Source: Ruditapes philippinarum
Taxonomy: Eukaryota
Direction of reading: 5' to 3'
NCBI RefSeq assembly: GCF_026571515.1
Contig: NW_026864423.1
Coordinates: 1-64,000, forward strand
Length of the DNA: 64,000 bases
Positions 51,733 to 63,595 of this stretch are shown here, piece after piece. The number at the start of each line of letters is the position of its first letter. The stretch's first letter is position 1. The translations under genes and the position numbers were made by a program. The notes beneath the pieces are model-generated. The model was given only the letters and a program-made list of their open reading frames with translations, made no database searches and was not told the origin of the DNA.

Positions 51733-52080
51733 ATGAATCAGTCTCAAGTGTACCGTAAACTCAATTTCCTTCTTCAGTTAAAAGATGCCACTGTAGCTGC
51801 TAGAAAAAATATGATCACTAATATGACAGGGGGTCATATGAAGGCTATAGTGCAAGTGGCCAAAAGATTGGTGAATGGAACCATTAATCCCCCGAGAAGA
51901 GATGTTCAATTACTTGAAAGAAGACAAAATTTGCTACGATCCCTAGCTTCTGAAAATGTGTCGCTGACTAGAAAGAAATCTCTGTTAAGACGTCATCACT
52001 CGTTTGTATCCGTATTGTTAAGACCACCGTATCTCTTAGACACTATTATGGACGAAATACGGACAACTAGAGAAGCGTAA
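51733..52080 (+). CDS. Small basic Polinton protein
   Basis: Intact 115-aa ORF in a compact gene array; similar to 54860-55182. Confidence 0.7.
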   Translation: MNQSQVYRKLNFLLQLKDATVAARKNMITNMTGGHMKAIVQVAKRLVNGTINPPRRDVQLLERRQNLLRSLASENVSLTRKKSLLRRHHSFVSVLLRPPYLLDTIMDEIRTTREA

Positions 52081-52119
52081 GAAGACAGTGGTCATATGTC
52101 TGTGTGAAAGCAAACAAAC

Positions 52120-52553
52120 ATGTCAGACTTTTACCTATATCTCAGTAGTAGTGATTCTCAGGACATACGTAAGAACAATAAACCCGCAGACTTTTATATT
52201 CAGTTTCCCAAATCGTACACCTTTGATGGACATTGGATTTGCGCTGTGACAGAAATTACTCTCACCTGTGACTTTACGCCTAAAAGTAAAAGACTGTATT
52301 TATGCTGCAACCTGATACAACAAACGTAAGAAATACGCAAGTACCCGTACTTAGAAATATTGAAGTCGGTTCGAGATACAAGAAACTTCAATTTTTAGAA
52401 TATAGCCACCCAGTATACGCACCAGTGACTGTGAATCATTTCAACTCCTTACATTTGTATTTGAGAGACGAAGATTTAAACTCAGTTGAGTTCATTTCCA
52501 ACGATCTTCATTGTGTATTACATTTCAAAAAGTATAGGCTCCATAGAAGTTAA
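52120..52553 (+). pseudogene. Minor capsid (penton)-like protein with one frameshift
   Basis: FYLYLSSSDS...NKPADFYIQFPK...GHWICAVTEI, LYLCCNLI, PVLR, YAPV, LYLRDE...VEF...VLHFKK. Confidence 0.75.
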
Positions 52554-52902
52554 CGATCACAAACAACAAAAATTGGTACCCTATACACCCAACCCTGAAA
52601 AATGGTATCAACATTTCAAGGATATGAGTGAGGGTTATGTAAGACCCGATCACAGAGGCCGTTACATCGTCGGTAGCGGTAATCATCTTAGAAACCTGAC
52701 CGAAATGAGACAACAACCTCCTCAAGTAAAACTGGTCTCACCCGTAGCACAAGCGATAGAAATAGCAAAGTCAGAGGTCAATCGTAAGAAGGTTGAATTG
52801 GGCAAAGAGCGTAAGAAGGGGCCTCAAAAGCGTAAGAAGACACCTATAACCGCCTACAAATCATCTAAACGAAATAGAACAAATCCAGAATTTCAATTTT
52901 AA
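52540..52902 (+). CDS. Hypothetical protein with a basic tail (candidate virion core protein); start uncertain
   Basis: YTPNPEKWYQHF...VKLVSPVAQAIEIAKSE followed by a K/R-rich C-terminus; lies directly upstream of MCP. Confidence 0.55.
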   Translation, partial: SIEVNDHKQQKLVPYTPNPEKWYQHFKDMSEGYVRPDHRGRYIVGSGNHLRNLTEMRQQPPQVKLVSPVAQAIEIAKSEVNRKKVELGKERKKGPQKRKKTPITAYKSSKRNRTNPEFQF

Positions 52903-52904
52903 AC

Positions 52905-54161
52905 ATGGAAAATTTTCATCAGAAAGAGCTGTCTTTGTTTGTTACACCCCCTGCAGACACGTCATTACAATCGAGAGAATGGATTACATACCGTCCAGTA
53001 AATCAAGTGACAAACGCATCCGCTCTCGAATTTAATATACCGGGTCATACATCGGCGTACTTGGATCTAAAAAGAAGCGTGCTCAACCTAAAACTGCAAA
53101 TAGTCCACGGGGACGGTAGTGCAGTAGATCCGGACGAAGTAGTTGGTCCTATCAATTTACCATTACACACCATATTCGGTCAGATCGATGTATCTCTTCA
53201 ACAAACGCCTTTTTCGCATACAGGAATCAATTATCCCTATAAAGCGGTCATCGACACGATATTACAGTCCAACGAAAATATGCAAATTAACCTACTGACC
53301 AGCCAACTCTTCCATAAAGATACGGGAGACGTTGGTACCAATGATGGTAAAACAGGAAGTAATGGTGGACTATTTTTCAGATACAGACTCGCTAAAGGTA
53401 GCAAAATTGTAGAAACGGAAGGACCATTACACTTTGAATCTTTTCAACAGTCGAAGCTACTCATTAACGGAGTCTCTGTAGGTATAAAACTCCATCCTAC
53501 CAGAGACCCATTTAGATTAATTACAGGCACCGTCAATCCCGATTATCGAGTGAAAATAGTGGACGCATATTTTAAACTATGTATTCAACGTCTAGCTAGT
53601 AGCGTACTTATAGCGCACGAAAAACTTATTCAAGACACACCAGCCGTATACCCTTACTTACGCACAGAGATCAAAACGACAGCTATTGCTACGGGTCAAT
53701 TCAGTTACAGCGCGGACGATATCTTTCAAGGATTAGTGCCCAGTAAACTGATTGTAGGTCTAGTTCCGAGTGCCGCGTTTAATGGTGATTACGCGCAGAA
53801 CCATTTCAACTTTAAACATTACAACTGCAGCTTTGTAGGACTCTATGTGGATGGACAGTCTTTACCTAGCCAAACGATGCAACCTAATTATACGGCTGAT
53901 CAGTATGTTGAGTGTTACAGAACATTAGCTCTCTACAGAAGCGATGTGAACATCTCCAGACAAGATTATAAGAATGGCTACTGTTTGTATGCCCTAGATA
54001 TTGACCCCTACTATTCATTCAACACGAAAAGGAGGGGCCATTGTCGTCTAGAACTCAAGTTTGCAGAGGCTTTACCAGAGAGCGTCACCTTGATTATGTA
54101 CGCCACATTCCCAGAAGTACTCAATATTGACAACCAAGGGCCGTCTATAGGAAATGAATAA
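52905..54161 (+). CDS. Major capsid protein (double jelly-roll, Polinton PY)
   Basis: 418 aa; ELSLF..P..TS, YRP, LEFNIPG..YLDL, PINLPLHTIF, YPYKA, LLINGV, FNFKHYN, LYVDGQ, GYCLYALD, RLELKF. Confidence 0.9.
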   Translation: MENFHQKELSLFVTPPADTSLQSREWITYRPVNQVTNASALEFNIPGHTSAYLDLKRSVLNLKLQIVHGDGSAVDPDEVVGPINLPLHTIFGQIDVSLQQTPFSHTGINYPYKAVIDTILQSNENMQINLLTSQLFHKDTGDVGTNDGKTGSNGGLFFRYRLAKGSKIVETEGPLHFESFQQSKLLINGVSVGIKLHPTRDPFRLITGTVNPDYRVKIVDAYFKLCIQRLASSVLIAHEKLIQDTPAVYPYLRTEIKTTAIATGQFSYSADDIFQGLVPSKLIVGLVPSAAFNGDYAQNHFNFKHYNCSFVGLYVDGQSLPSQTMQPNYTADQYVECYRTLALYRSDVNISRQDYKNGYCLYALDIDPYYSFNTKRRGHCRLELKFAEALPESVTLIMYATFPEVLNIDNQGPSIGNE

Positions 54162-54563
54162 TTTAGAACTGGAACGTTTACTTGAAGGATACCCAGTCCA
54201 GGTGTGCGCTGCTGATCAAATCCGTAAACAAAAAGGAAAATTCGTAATCGCTAATACAGACACGAGTAATGGACCAGGGAAACATTAGGTTACCTTTTAT
54301 TTTCCAAGACAAGACCGTACGAGTTCTTTAACTCTCTCGGAAAAATACCAAGTGACTACAATGTGGGCTTTGAAACTGTATTAACGAACACGTTTTGGAT
54401 GGTGTGTGATCCTATTCAGGACACTAAATCAGATACCTGTGGACTGTATTGTGTATATTATATCATGGACAGATGTACATTTTGTACAGGAAGTACTATA
54501 AAAGACCTTGTCAAACCTTTTAATGTAAATGATAGACAATGGAATGATATATATTGTAAATAA
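54154..54563 (+). pseudogene. Adenain-like cysteine (maturation) protease with a stop and a frameshift
   Basis: IANTDTSNGPGKH*(W)V...EFFNSLG...IQDTKSDTCGLYC; TAG at 54286-54288. Confidence 0.85.
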
Positions 54564-54707
54564 AAACAGACATTAAAATGTATTTATATGTATTTTATTT
54601 TGTATGTATCAATAAATATAAAAAGAGAAGAACATTGTCTTTGTTGTTTCTTTAATAAATCCAGTAAATAGTTTTGTCAATAGTTTTAAGAGTCATTTTG
54701 GGTTTCT

Positions 54708-54860
54708 TCACACTTTTTGTTTTCTTTTCACGTTCCCCAGGTGGCGGCAAGACACTTTAGGTGGGATAAAATGGTCATCTTTTACTTCTCCAAACCCTTT
54801 GTAACTAGGCTGCAGTATGCGCTGGTACTTTTCGTAAGGAAAAAGAATAAACTTTTCCAT
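54708..54860 (-). CDS. Small Polinton protein, probably frameshifted
   Basis: MEKFILFPYEKYQR; the start overlaps the stop of the upstream gene. Confidence 0.45.
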   Translation of the reverse strand: MEKFILFPYEKYQRILQPSYKGFGEVKDDHFIPPKVSCRHLGNVKRKQKV

Positions 54861-55182
54861 TATTGTAGTACAGGTTCCAAATACGCTAAGGTAATTTTCA
54901 CCAAAATATATATTGTTCTCAGGTTGCCTGGAATAGCTTCTTTTTCTTTTGAAATCCATTTTTTTGTTTCCAAGCAAGTAGATAAAACGTCTATGTCGTT
55001 TAAAAAGTGATTTTCAGTAGACGTCAATTTTATCGTGAATCGCAGAATGTTGTAGGCGATTTGAGCTAGCACTTTTAGTTGTTTTTTCGTAACTGTTCTT
55101 AACAATGCTTTCCTTTGGGACTCACTGTAGCGTCCACTAGTAAATTCAAAATATGGCGTTGCTGTTTGATGAGTTCGACCAT
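54860..55182 (-). pseudogene. Small basic Polinton protein, frameshifted
   Basis: LLRTVTKKQLKVLAQIAYNILRFTIKLT...RHRRFIYLLGNKK, pieced across frames. Confidence 0.6.
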
Positions 55183-55211
55183 AATTACTCTTACAAGTTT
55201 CGTACTGCTTC

Positions 55212-55865
55212 TTACGTTAATCTGTAGACTATAGGGTCCTCCCTCGGGAAAATTTGAGTTCGTAATCGATATTTATCCTCAGCATGTGGACTCATGTCTA
55301 CCAAAAAGTAACCGTGCTTTGTGCTTAGGGCGTCTTCATAGGCTTTAACAAATCCTTTACTTTTACCGGGATACAACTGCCGTCCCAATATTCCCACCTG
55401 AGAGACATCTCTTAAATTTTTCATCAATACCATATACCATGTATTTAAAGCAATTGTTCTAGCATGTTTACCTCCTGGATACAAGTTTTGCGTGATAAGT
55501 ATGACAGACACTCTTCTGTGATGACATCCTTGCGTGAAAAGAAGCTCCATATCTTTGTTTTTCATAACTTCGTGCATAAGATCGTCAACGATAATAAGTT
55601 TATGTCTCTTGTCTTGGGTAAAATGATCCAGTTCCTCCACTGTTGGAAGCCCTTGTTTACTATAAAAGTTTGGAATGGATCTTTCCATCTCATCAAATAA
55701 ATCCTGATGAATTCCATAAGAATATAAGATGTGTGTTGGTGGGTCTGCAGAATACATATCCTTCACGTTTTGCAAAAATTTGTACACCCATTGCGTTTTT
55801 CCGCTTCCTGTCTGACCACTTATACATATACTGGAGCATGGTTCGAACGGTAGGGATGACTTCAT
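55212..55865 (-). CDS. A32/FtsK-like DNA packaging ATPase
   Basis: Walker A GQTGSGKT; Walker B LIIVDDLM; ILITQNLY; ARTIALN. Confidence 0.93.
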   Translation of the reverse strand: MKSSLPFEPCSSICISGQTGSGKTQWVYKFLQNVKDMYSADPPTHILYSYGIHQDLFDEMERSIPNFYSKQGLPTVEELDHFTQDKRHKLIIVDDLMHEVMKNKDMELLFTQGCHHRRVSVILITQNLYPGGKHARTIALNTWYMVLMKNLRDVSQVGILGRQLYPGKSKGFVKAYEDALSTKHGYFLVDMSPHAEDKYRLRTQIFPREDPIVYRLT

Positions 55866-56146
55866 TATTTCTTTAGCTTTGGACTGGGTAAGGCGTATCC
55901 TATACAGCTACTTAATAGACTTATCCACAATTCGCTAGCACCGTTTTGAAGAGATAAGTTAATGATAGAGGTAATGATAATAATGTAGACAATGATCATT
56001 TGGCAAAAATAGACAATTTCAGCCTGGGGTACTCGTGCTCCTAATAAATGCCAACGGTCACTAGTGGACCTGCTTTCGTCTTCGTTAGAGTGTGGAAAAC
56101 GTATAAAAGTTTCCCTCTCTGGTGTGTGAGTGTCTGTAGGATTCAT
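55865..56146 (-). CDS. Small two-TM membrane protein
   Basis: IVYFCQMIIVYIIIITSIINLSL and LWISLLSSCIGYALPSP; abuts the ATPase start. Confidence 0.7.
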   Translation of the reverse strand: MNPTDTHTPERETFIRFPHSNEDESRSTSDRWHLLGARVPQAEIVYFCQMIIVYIIIITSIINLSLQNGASELWISLLSSCIGYALPSPKLKK

Positions 56147-56289
56147 ATTCTTACGTTTTATATTGAAAATAAAATACAAAGACATTATATTCTTACATAC
56201 TTTTATTCAATAATATACATTTTTCAAACAACACGTGACAAATAACAGAAAAAGTAATGACAAAAATTGAAAAAACAAAAACATAAATA

Positions 56290-56480
56290 GAAACGCTAGT
56301 GACAAAAACTGTAACGCTAGTGACAAAAACTGAAACGCGCCCTATGGAAATTTACATGTAAACGTGCAAAAACTGAAACGCTAGTGACAAAAACTAAAAC
56401 GCTAGTGACAAAAACTGAAACGCTAATGACAAAAAATGAAACGCTAGTGACAAAAATTTAAACGCTAGTGACAAAAACTT
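56290..56480. repeat. ~21-bp tandem repeat (GAAACGCTAGTGACAAAAACT) in the Polinton intergenic region
   Basis: About 7-8 units visible. Confidence 0.85.
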
Positions 56481-56543
56481 CAACATACTTGACAAAAATA
56501 GAAATGCTTATTACAAATACAGCATATTTTACATTCATTTTAT

Positions 56544-59500
56544 CTAACATCCGTATGGTACAGTATCAAATTGTTCAATTCTTCTACGTTTGGTATACAC
56601 CATCTGGTAACTTTTCTTTTCTTCTCTATTATACATTTTTCTTTTTCTTCTATCTCTACAAATTTTACTAGGATTGGTTACAATAATACTTTTATCACTT
56701 TCTCCATCTGTAACTATTTCTTTCACACTTTCAAAGTTGATAAGTTGGCTATTTGTATAATTTAATGTGAAACCCCTAACTTTACAAGTTTCGTTGTTTT
56801 TGTTGGTTATATAGGCATAATTTTTAGGACCACCCGACACAAATTATACAAAGTGCTCTCCTCCACTCAGCTCATCCGTGAGTTCACCCAAGAAATCTCC
56901 TAATGGCGGATCATACTGTTCAGGGCGACTCACATAGATGACGCTGTCCGTATCGTAATACAGTACTCGTCTATCGAGCTTTTCGAGCACACTGTAGAGT
57001 TTGAGTCTGGCCCAGCATGTAGTAAATGTAGCTAAGTAGTTGTTCGTTTTATTATCTTCGGGTTGGCAGTCTTGTTTATATTGCCATTCTATTTGTATCA
57101 TGTCATTGGTAAGTATGTGAAAATTCAGAGGTTCTTTCGTCGGATCGGCAAACAACTGAAAGAACAGGTTGGCCTGTAGTTCGTGAAAGAACTCTGTCTG
57201 GCGCATATTGAGTCTCTGACCAAACTTGTCCCAAAAACTGTTGAGACATAATTTAGCCAGAGCTCTCAAACCCGGGTTCTTCGAGATGTTTGCCCGATCC
57301 ATTGAAACTCCCTCTTTCTGTAAGTATTGAGACACATAATTTGTCATATCTTGCTCATTGTGTATCCAGTCAGGAGAACCGCTTGCCTCTTGCTTAAACT
57401 TTAAAAATGTGTTTATGTAATTGGCAAACAGTCCCCCTGATCTGGTCTTTGGGTCATATTGTGTGGATTCCTCCCAGTGGTATACTTCATAAATCTTTTT
57501 GATTTGATATCCTAATTTAACGGCCGTTTGAATCTCTGGAGTACACCACGTACCAGTCAACTCTCTTTCTTGTTCAGAACATGCGCATGGGTTTTGATTC
57601 TTAGCATCGGCGCAGGTCCTACATAGGGGAAATTTCAACTTGTTATTTGAGCGATACGGTATCACGGGATGGTATAATCCTCTAGGTGGTAGTATTTTAA
57701 CCTTAGCTATACCAAAATAGCTCTTGATATCTTTAAAATCTTTGGTTATGATGGTAGGATGTCCTACGGGATATTTACAATACTTATTCACCCATGGATA
57801 CAAGCTCGTGAAATCCACGTACTTGATTTGTTCCTGTTCGTCTGCTTTGTAATAGAGTTGACTGGCATTGGTGCGAACCCCAAAGAAAATTTCCCTCGGG
57901 TCTAACCTATAAATTATATCTAAGCTTTCTACGTATTGTTTCAGTTTAGTATTTTGAATCTTTTGTTTTTTGAATTCGTGGTCCCAAATGCAAACGTATT
58001 TCATGCCTAACTGTTGAATGTAAGCGTTCTTTTTCATTGTTTACGCATACAATTCATCTAATGATTGGTTAGTGAGTAGGTGGCGCTTTTCTTCTCGGTT
58101 ATCTGTGAATCAATCAAGGCATCCATGAAAAATACAACCATGGCACTCATAGGCCGTGTTTGTTTCTTCACAGTAACCGTCGAATTTGTAACGCGTTCCC
58201 GGTAAAGATTTCTCTCCCTTATTTAAAGCATGCTGAATTTTGACGTTTTTTGTACACGCCACCCATTCTTACCATTGTATGGACGCTTCGCTATATTGAT
58301 CATTATAACCACTAGGAGGAATTTTCGCTATGGGTGTCCTTACAAATTCTGTCTCAGTTACTTTCTCACCCGTGAGTTTGGTTTCGAGGATCCATTCATT
58401 TCCACGCAACACATAAAGCTTTCCGTCTATTAATTTTGAAGGTATCCAATCATCACTGCCCTCTAATTTTACTTTCCATTTTTCTTCTAAAAATTTGGTT
58501 CTAAAGACATTCATGCAGACGGAAGCTATGGTCACGGAATCGAATGGATCCACGGCTCCGACCCAAGTTTTTTCTTTCTTTCCTTTTTCATTCACCGCCT
58601 CTATTCTTTCACCCTAGCACTCATTAACAACTCTCTAAATTTCAAACACGCTTGTCTTAAAATATCTACATCACTCCTACAATAATCTAATATTTCTTTT
58701 CTCAAATCAAACACGTCGTCCTTTCTCTCACTCAACCACACTAACAATTCAGCTCTCTCTTTCTCACTCATAAAATCATGACCATAACACCGAGCATCTG
58801 GGTACGGGCGTACATAAGTTTGATTTTCGCTAGTATTGAAGTAATGGGGAAACCAACCTTTCTTTAATTCAGTCAATCCAAACGCTTTAGGGAGGGCGGA
58901 CAATTTCATAGGTAAAAAATTCAAACTGTCAATCACTCTGACATGTAAATCTGACTCTATTGTCATATACATAATTTTGAAGCCACTGTAAATAATCTTG
59001 TCCGGTCTCATGGATTGGTCTATTAAGTACTCTAACAGAAAATAACCGTCGTAACCTTTCATATTATGAGCAAATACTTTGAAATATTCGTGCTGGGGGG
59101 ATAACAACCATTCGCCAAATTTTTCTGCAGTGTCGGTCCCTTCGAAAGTGACTTCACTGAATCCACATTTTCCAGGACACGGTCCTGGGTCTTCATTGTC
59201 GTGTAAATCAGAGTTGTCACATTCGTCGCACCGTGAACCGCATTTTTTACATATAGATTCGGGGGTCAATGGTTTATCAATACATTTTGGACACACAGTA
59301 TGTGCTACTACAAAATTGGGACGATGAGTGGCTTTTCCGCACCAAGATGATTTACAGTGTTGACATTTAGAGCAAGATTTACATACCTCTTGTGATTGAC
59401 AGTCTTTACAATTTCGTTGTCTATTTGGTAAATATCCGTTTTCACACTCTAACACTTCATCTTGACTACATTCAAAATCAAAAAATATAAATTTAGAATT

Positions 59501-61117
59501 GTAATGTTCCTTGACTGGTGTGGCTCTCAAATAACATAAATGTCCTTCTATTACATATTGTACCTATGACGTACTCAGGTATTCTCCGCACTCCGCTCCT
59601 CTTTTTTCCTTTTATCGGTTCTTAATACTTTATAACAGGTAGGGCATTTCCAATATTTTGACACCGGATGGTCCGCTGGGGTTTTCCTTTACATTTTCCT
59701 TTTCTATGTACTGGTACTGTTTTATGTTGTTTAAAACATTTGTCTGATCTGCATGTCTTGTTACAGTCTGTGCATTTGACTGTGTTGTCTGTTTCTGGGC
59801 AGTTGTCCGTCTTACACACAATACAAGAGGTCTCACACTGATGATTTTCTCTGTGGTCGTAGCGTTTGAGGCATTTGTCGCAGAAATACCTCGCGCTGAA
59901 GAATCCTGTAATGCTGGTGATGGCGTGAAAGTGGTCTGGCACTGACCACCATCACGCGCACTCCCAACACTTCTTCAAACGCATCCACGTTGTTTAAACT
60001 GGCTGGACGATCTAAGGGCACTTCGGCTAGTTGACTGATGGCCACCGCTAATTGTCTCTGTTCGTCTCTCTGTTTATTCCTCAAATGTTTGTAGTAACTT
60101 TCTGGTACTTGCTGGGTTTCTAGTATAACTTGTACATTGGATTTCTTTTGGCGTTTTTTTAGCAATCTCTTTCCATTCTTCCGGTGTACAACTATTAAGT
60201 TTCGCCCAACTCACCCTTATTGCCCTCGCCATAAACATTTGGTGATCATTTTCGATGGTTACTATTGAGGTTTTCAATTTTAATGAATTGTTCTTGCCTT
60301 TTAGTTTGGTAATTCTTCGCCTTGCTCCGCCTTTTGGTAAATCAATAGTGCCTATGGAGATGTAAAAGCTTTCATCAATGGATAAGTTTTGGTTGCTGTT
60401 GAGTACTTTTTCAATTATTTCCATAATTTTATTGGCGTCCAACTGGTCCAAGGGCTGGAGAGGAACTATGATGGGGTCGTGTAATACTTGATGATGAATA
60501 ACGACACGACCCAAGTCATTTCCCGCTAAATTGCCCCGGGCTTCTTCCAACACGTTTTCAAACATTTGGTGAAGTCCAGCTCTTACATCTTGCAGTCTCT
60601 GTCCATTATACTGATCATCAATTTTAATCTCATATGTACGATCCACTGCCGCTTTTTTTGCATACGTCCTTTCTGATTTTTCTCTTATCGTATACTGAAG
60701 TTCCCGTGGGGCGTCGGGTCTATGAGATGGTCCTGGTTGAGTATCATCCCCACCCCCTATCATGAATGGCAACTGAGGGCTCCACTCCCCATCGTTTACA
60801 CAGGCTGTCGCCATCTCATCCATTTCTTCATCAAATAATAATGCTTTCACTGCACCTTCGATCTCCTCTTTCTCTCTTACATAATCTAGGCTAATTCTAA
60901 ATTTTTTTCATCGAGTGACCCTCCTAAACTGTGCAGTATATTGTTCAGTTCCTCCTCCACAAAGTCAGCATCGTAATGGGGGGTTCCTCAATTGAAAAAG
61001 ACGGAACCGCACCCCCGGGGAATCCTGTATCCCCCATGTCGCAGCAAAATTCATTAATTCGTCAGCGTCGGTGAAAGAATTCACCATCATTTCAAAGGTA
61101 GCTGCAATATTTTCCAT
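56544..61117 (-). pseudogene. Protein-primed family B DNA polymerase (pPolB), multiply frameshifted
   Basis: ExoI FFDFEC; ExoII AHNMKGYDGYF; ExoIII YCRSDVDIL; YVDFTSLYP; KLCLNSFWDKFGQ; YYDTDS; GGPKNYAY; KVRGFTLN; start approximate. Confidence 0.93.
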
Positions 61118-61660
61118 GTTACTTGTTCGAGTTATGAAATCAGAATGACGATGGGAGTTCGTGCGCGTTATTATATACTCTCCACAAAGCCTCATTTTCA
61201 AAACGATGTAAGATATTTTATATTAAGTAAGAACGTCATCAATCTGAATACTGATTGGTTAGATAATTATAGCACTACCGGTTCAAACTAGTCACAACTG
61301 AACAGTCACGTTATCGACAAGTTAAAAGCAAGCACAATACTTTTTGTGAGAGGATTAAATCTTTGTCAATATCTCTATTGATAAAATCAATGTCCATTAT
61401 ACCGCATTCGGGTTTGAATAAACAAACGCCAAACAGCGTGGATACTTTAAAGGGATTAATTTTGACACATGAATAGGCTATTGTTAATGTATCCGCCAGA
61501 CATTGTGACTATAATTACGTTTGATTCACTCGTGATCAGATCTAAAAATAACTAATAAAGTCATAGACCCGAGCATTTAGGAATAATACACTAATGCTTT
61601 GTGTCATTTGGTTTCAGGCCGTCAGGAGTAAACAAGTAATATTTTTATTAAATAAGCAAT

Positions 61661-61792
61661 ACCGGTTAAAGTAGTCATAACATAATAGTCACGCGATGAA
61701 CAAGTTACAAAAAAGTGCATTTTCTTTTACCGGTTAAAGTAGTCATAACATAATAGTCACGCGATGAACAAGTTACAAAAAAGTGCATTTTC
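61661..61792 (+). repeat. 68-bp tandem duplication
   Basis: accggttaaagtagtcataac...aagtgcattttc occurs twice. Confidence 0.85.
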
Positions 61793-62709
61793 ATTTAAAC
61801 TTTGAAAAGGGAAAAGTAAAATTGGTAAGTGTCCATTTAAATATACTTATCTACATAATGTTTTATTTTAATGTTTATTCATTTAAATGTATAACACAGA
61901 GTACAGAAAATATAAAGGTGATTTTTTATAAAAAAAAAATAATTTTCTGAAGAGAAAAAAAATCAAATTTTATGCATAAATGATTTTACTTCCAGCTTGA
62001 GACTACAAGCTTATAGCATTTGTCAAGACCTTTCGCTCGATACCAAACACGGCTAGCTTAGGTCCAGTTATGAAGGTGTAAATCAGTATTTTACGCATGA
62101 GTAATTTCACTTCCGGTTTGTTTGTTCTAGCTTGTAGTATTTGTCAAGACCTTTCGTTTGATATGCAATATGCCCATGTTATGTCCAAAGATAAGCGAAT
62201 AATCGTCATTTTACGCATGAGTGATTTTGTCAGCCATATTCAAACTCTCCTATCTCAAAAACAGTAAAAGGTATATCCATATAATAATACATTTTCTGTA
62301 TCTACTCACAGAGATCTTTCAAACGGCATATAAATCTAAGGGTTTTATGGACTTTGAAAAAATGGTTTAAAATCCACTAAAGGGCCATAACTCGAGAACG
62401 GCTGAAAATCGAATCGAGAACCTAGGGTTTATTTTGAAGCATTAGGTCAGGTCTATCAAATAATATGAAAAATGTCAAATTGCATATCGTAAAGTGTTGC
62501 ACAAAAGACGAAAATCGCTTTTTCTGTTGTATTTTTGTTCGGTTTTAGTTACCATTGATAATAGTTTTTTTTTATAATTTTGCACATTCGTGATGATCAG
62601 TTTTAAAAACATGTTGGCATTTCTTTTCCAAAATGTGTTTAAAATTATGCCCCAGTGGTAAACTGACACTTCAATAGCTTATTGCTTACCAGCTTTTACT
62701 TTAGACGGA

Positions 62710-63340
62710 TAAACTTTGACAGTTGAATGGAGCATTGTCCGCATATCCGCCCCTAAATAAACATACGCCAGACCAAGTGGCGACTTTAAAGAGATTAATT
62801 TTGACAGTTGAATGGACCATTGTCCGCACATCCGTCCCTAAATAAACATACGCCAGACACTGTGACTACGATCACGTTTGATACACTCGTGATCAGAGTA
62901 TTTAGAAATAATACACTAATGATTTGTGTCATTTGGTTTCGGGCCGCCTAGAAGTAAACAAGTACTATTTTTATTCAATGTATATTATTTATTTTGACCA
63001 TATTAAAAAACATAAGCTATTTGTATTTTTTAATTCTAGTTTATTTGCTTTTATTAATTAAAATGTTAAGCAGGTATTTATTTTCAGACATTTCTTTTAT
63101 AAATGATGATATTTATCTCTTCGTCTAGGGCCGAGGACCTGACCTACAATGTTCACGATTCAAGACCTAGATCGTGTATACGAGTCAGCTTCGTATACTT
63201 CCGGGAGATTAAAAATAGATTTCTAAAAATAGACGAATGATAACATTCAAAAAATAGAACGATAATGTCATTCTAACTATAGAATCAAATATGGCGTCGC
63301 GCATGCGCAGTCGGGGCGCTAAAGAGGCGCATATACTACT
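62710..63340 (-). repeat. Polinton right TIR
   Basis: Inverted copy of the left TIR with ~112 extra bp. Confidence 0.92.
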
Positions 63341-63595
63341 TACGATAGTGAAACACCGATTGTACGATGGTATAAACAACGAAGTCTCGATGATGAAAAC
63401 GTGATGTTACTATTTTGAAAGACGATGTTACGATGGTGAAAATACGATGGTACGATATGATGAAACTGCGATGGTATGATGATGAAAACGCGATATTATT
63501 TTCTCTATCGTATCATCGCATCATCGTGATTTCACCATCGTGCCATCGTGTTTTAATCATCGTACCATCTCAATTTCACCTTTGTACCATTGTGC
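63341..63595. mobile_element. Right part of the GATGGT-repeat MITE hosting the Polinton (left part at 46020-46132)
   Basis: Same cgatggtgaaaac repeats on both flanks; ggtggtacaatggtga is inverted to tcacctttgtaccatt. Confidence 0.65.

Larger units (their letters stand above)
46133..63340. mobile_element. Complete, decayed Polinton/Maverick (endogenous polintovirus/adintovirus-like element)
   Basis: AGTAGT...ACTACT termini; ~520-630-bp TIRs; 6-bp TSD TACAAT/TACGAT; pPolB, INT, ATPase, MCP, mCP and PRO genes. Confidence 0.96.
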
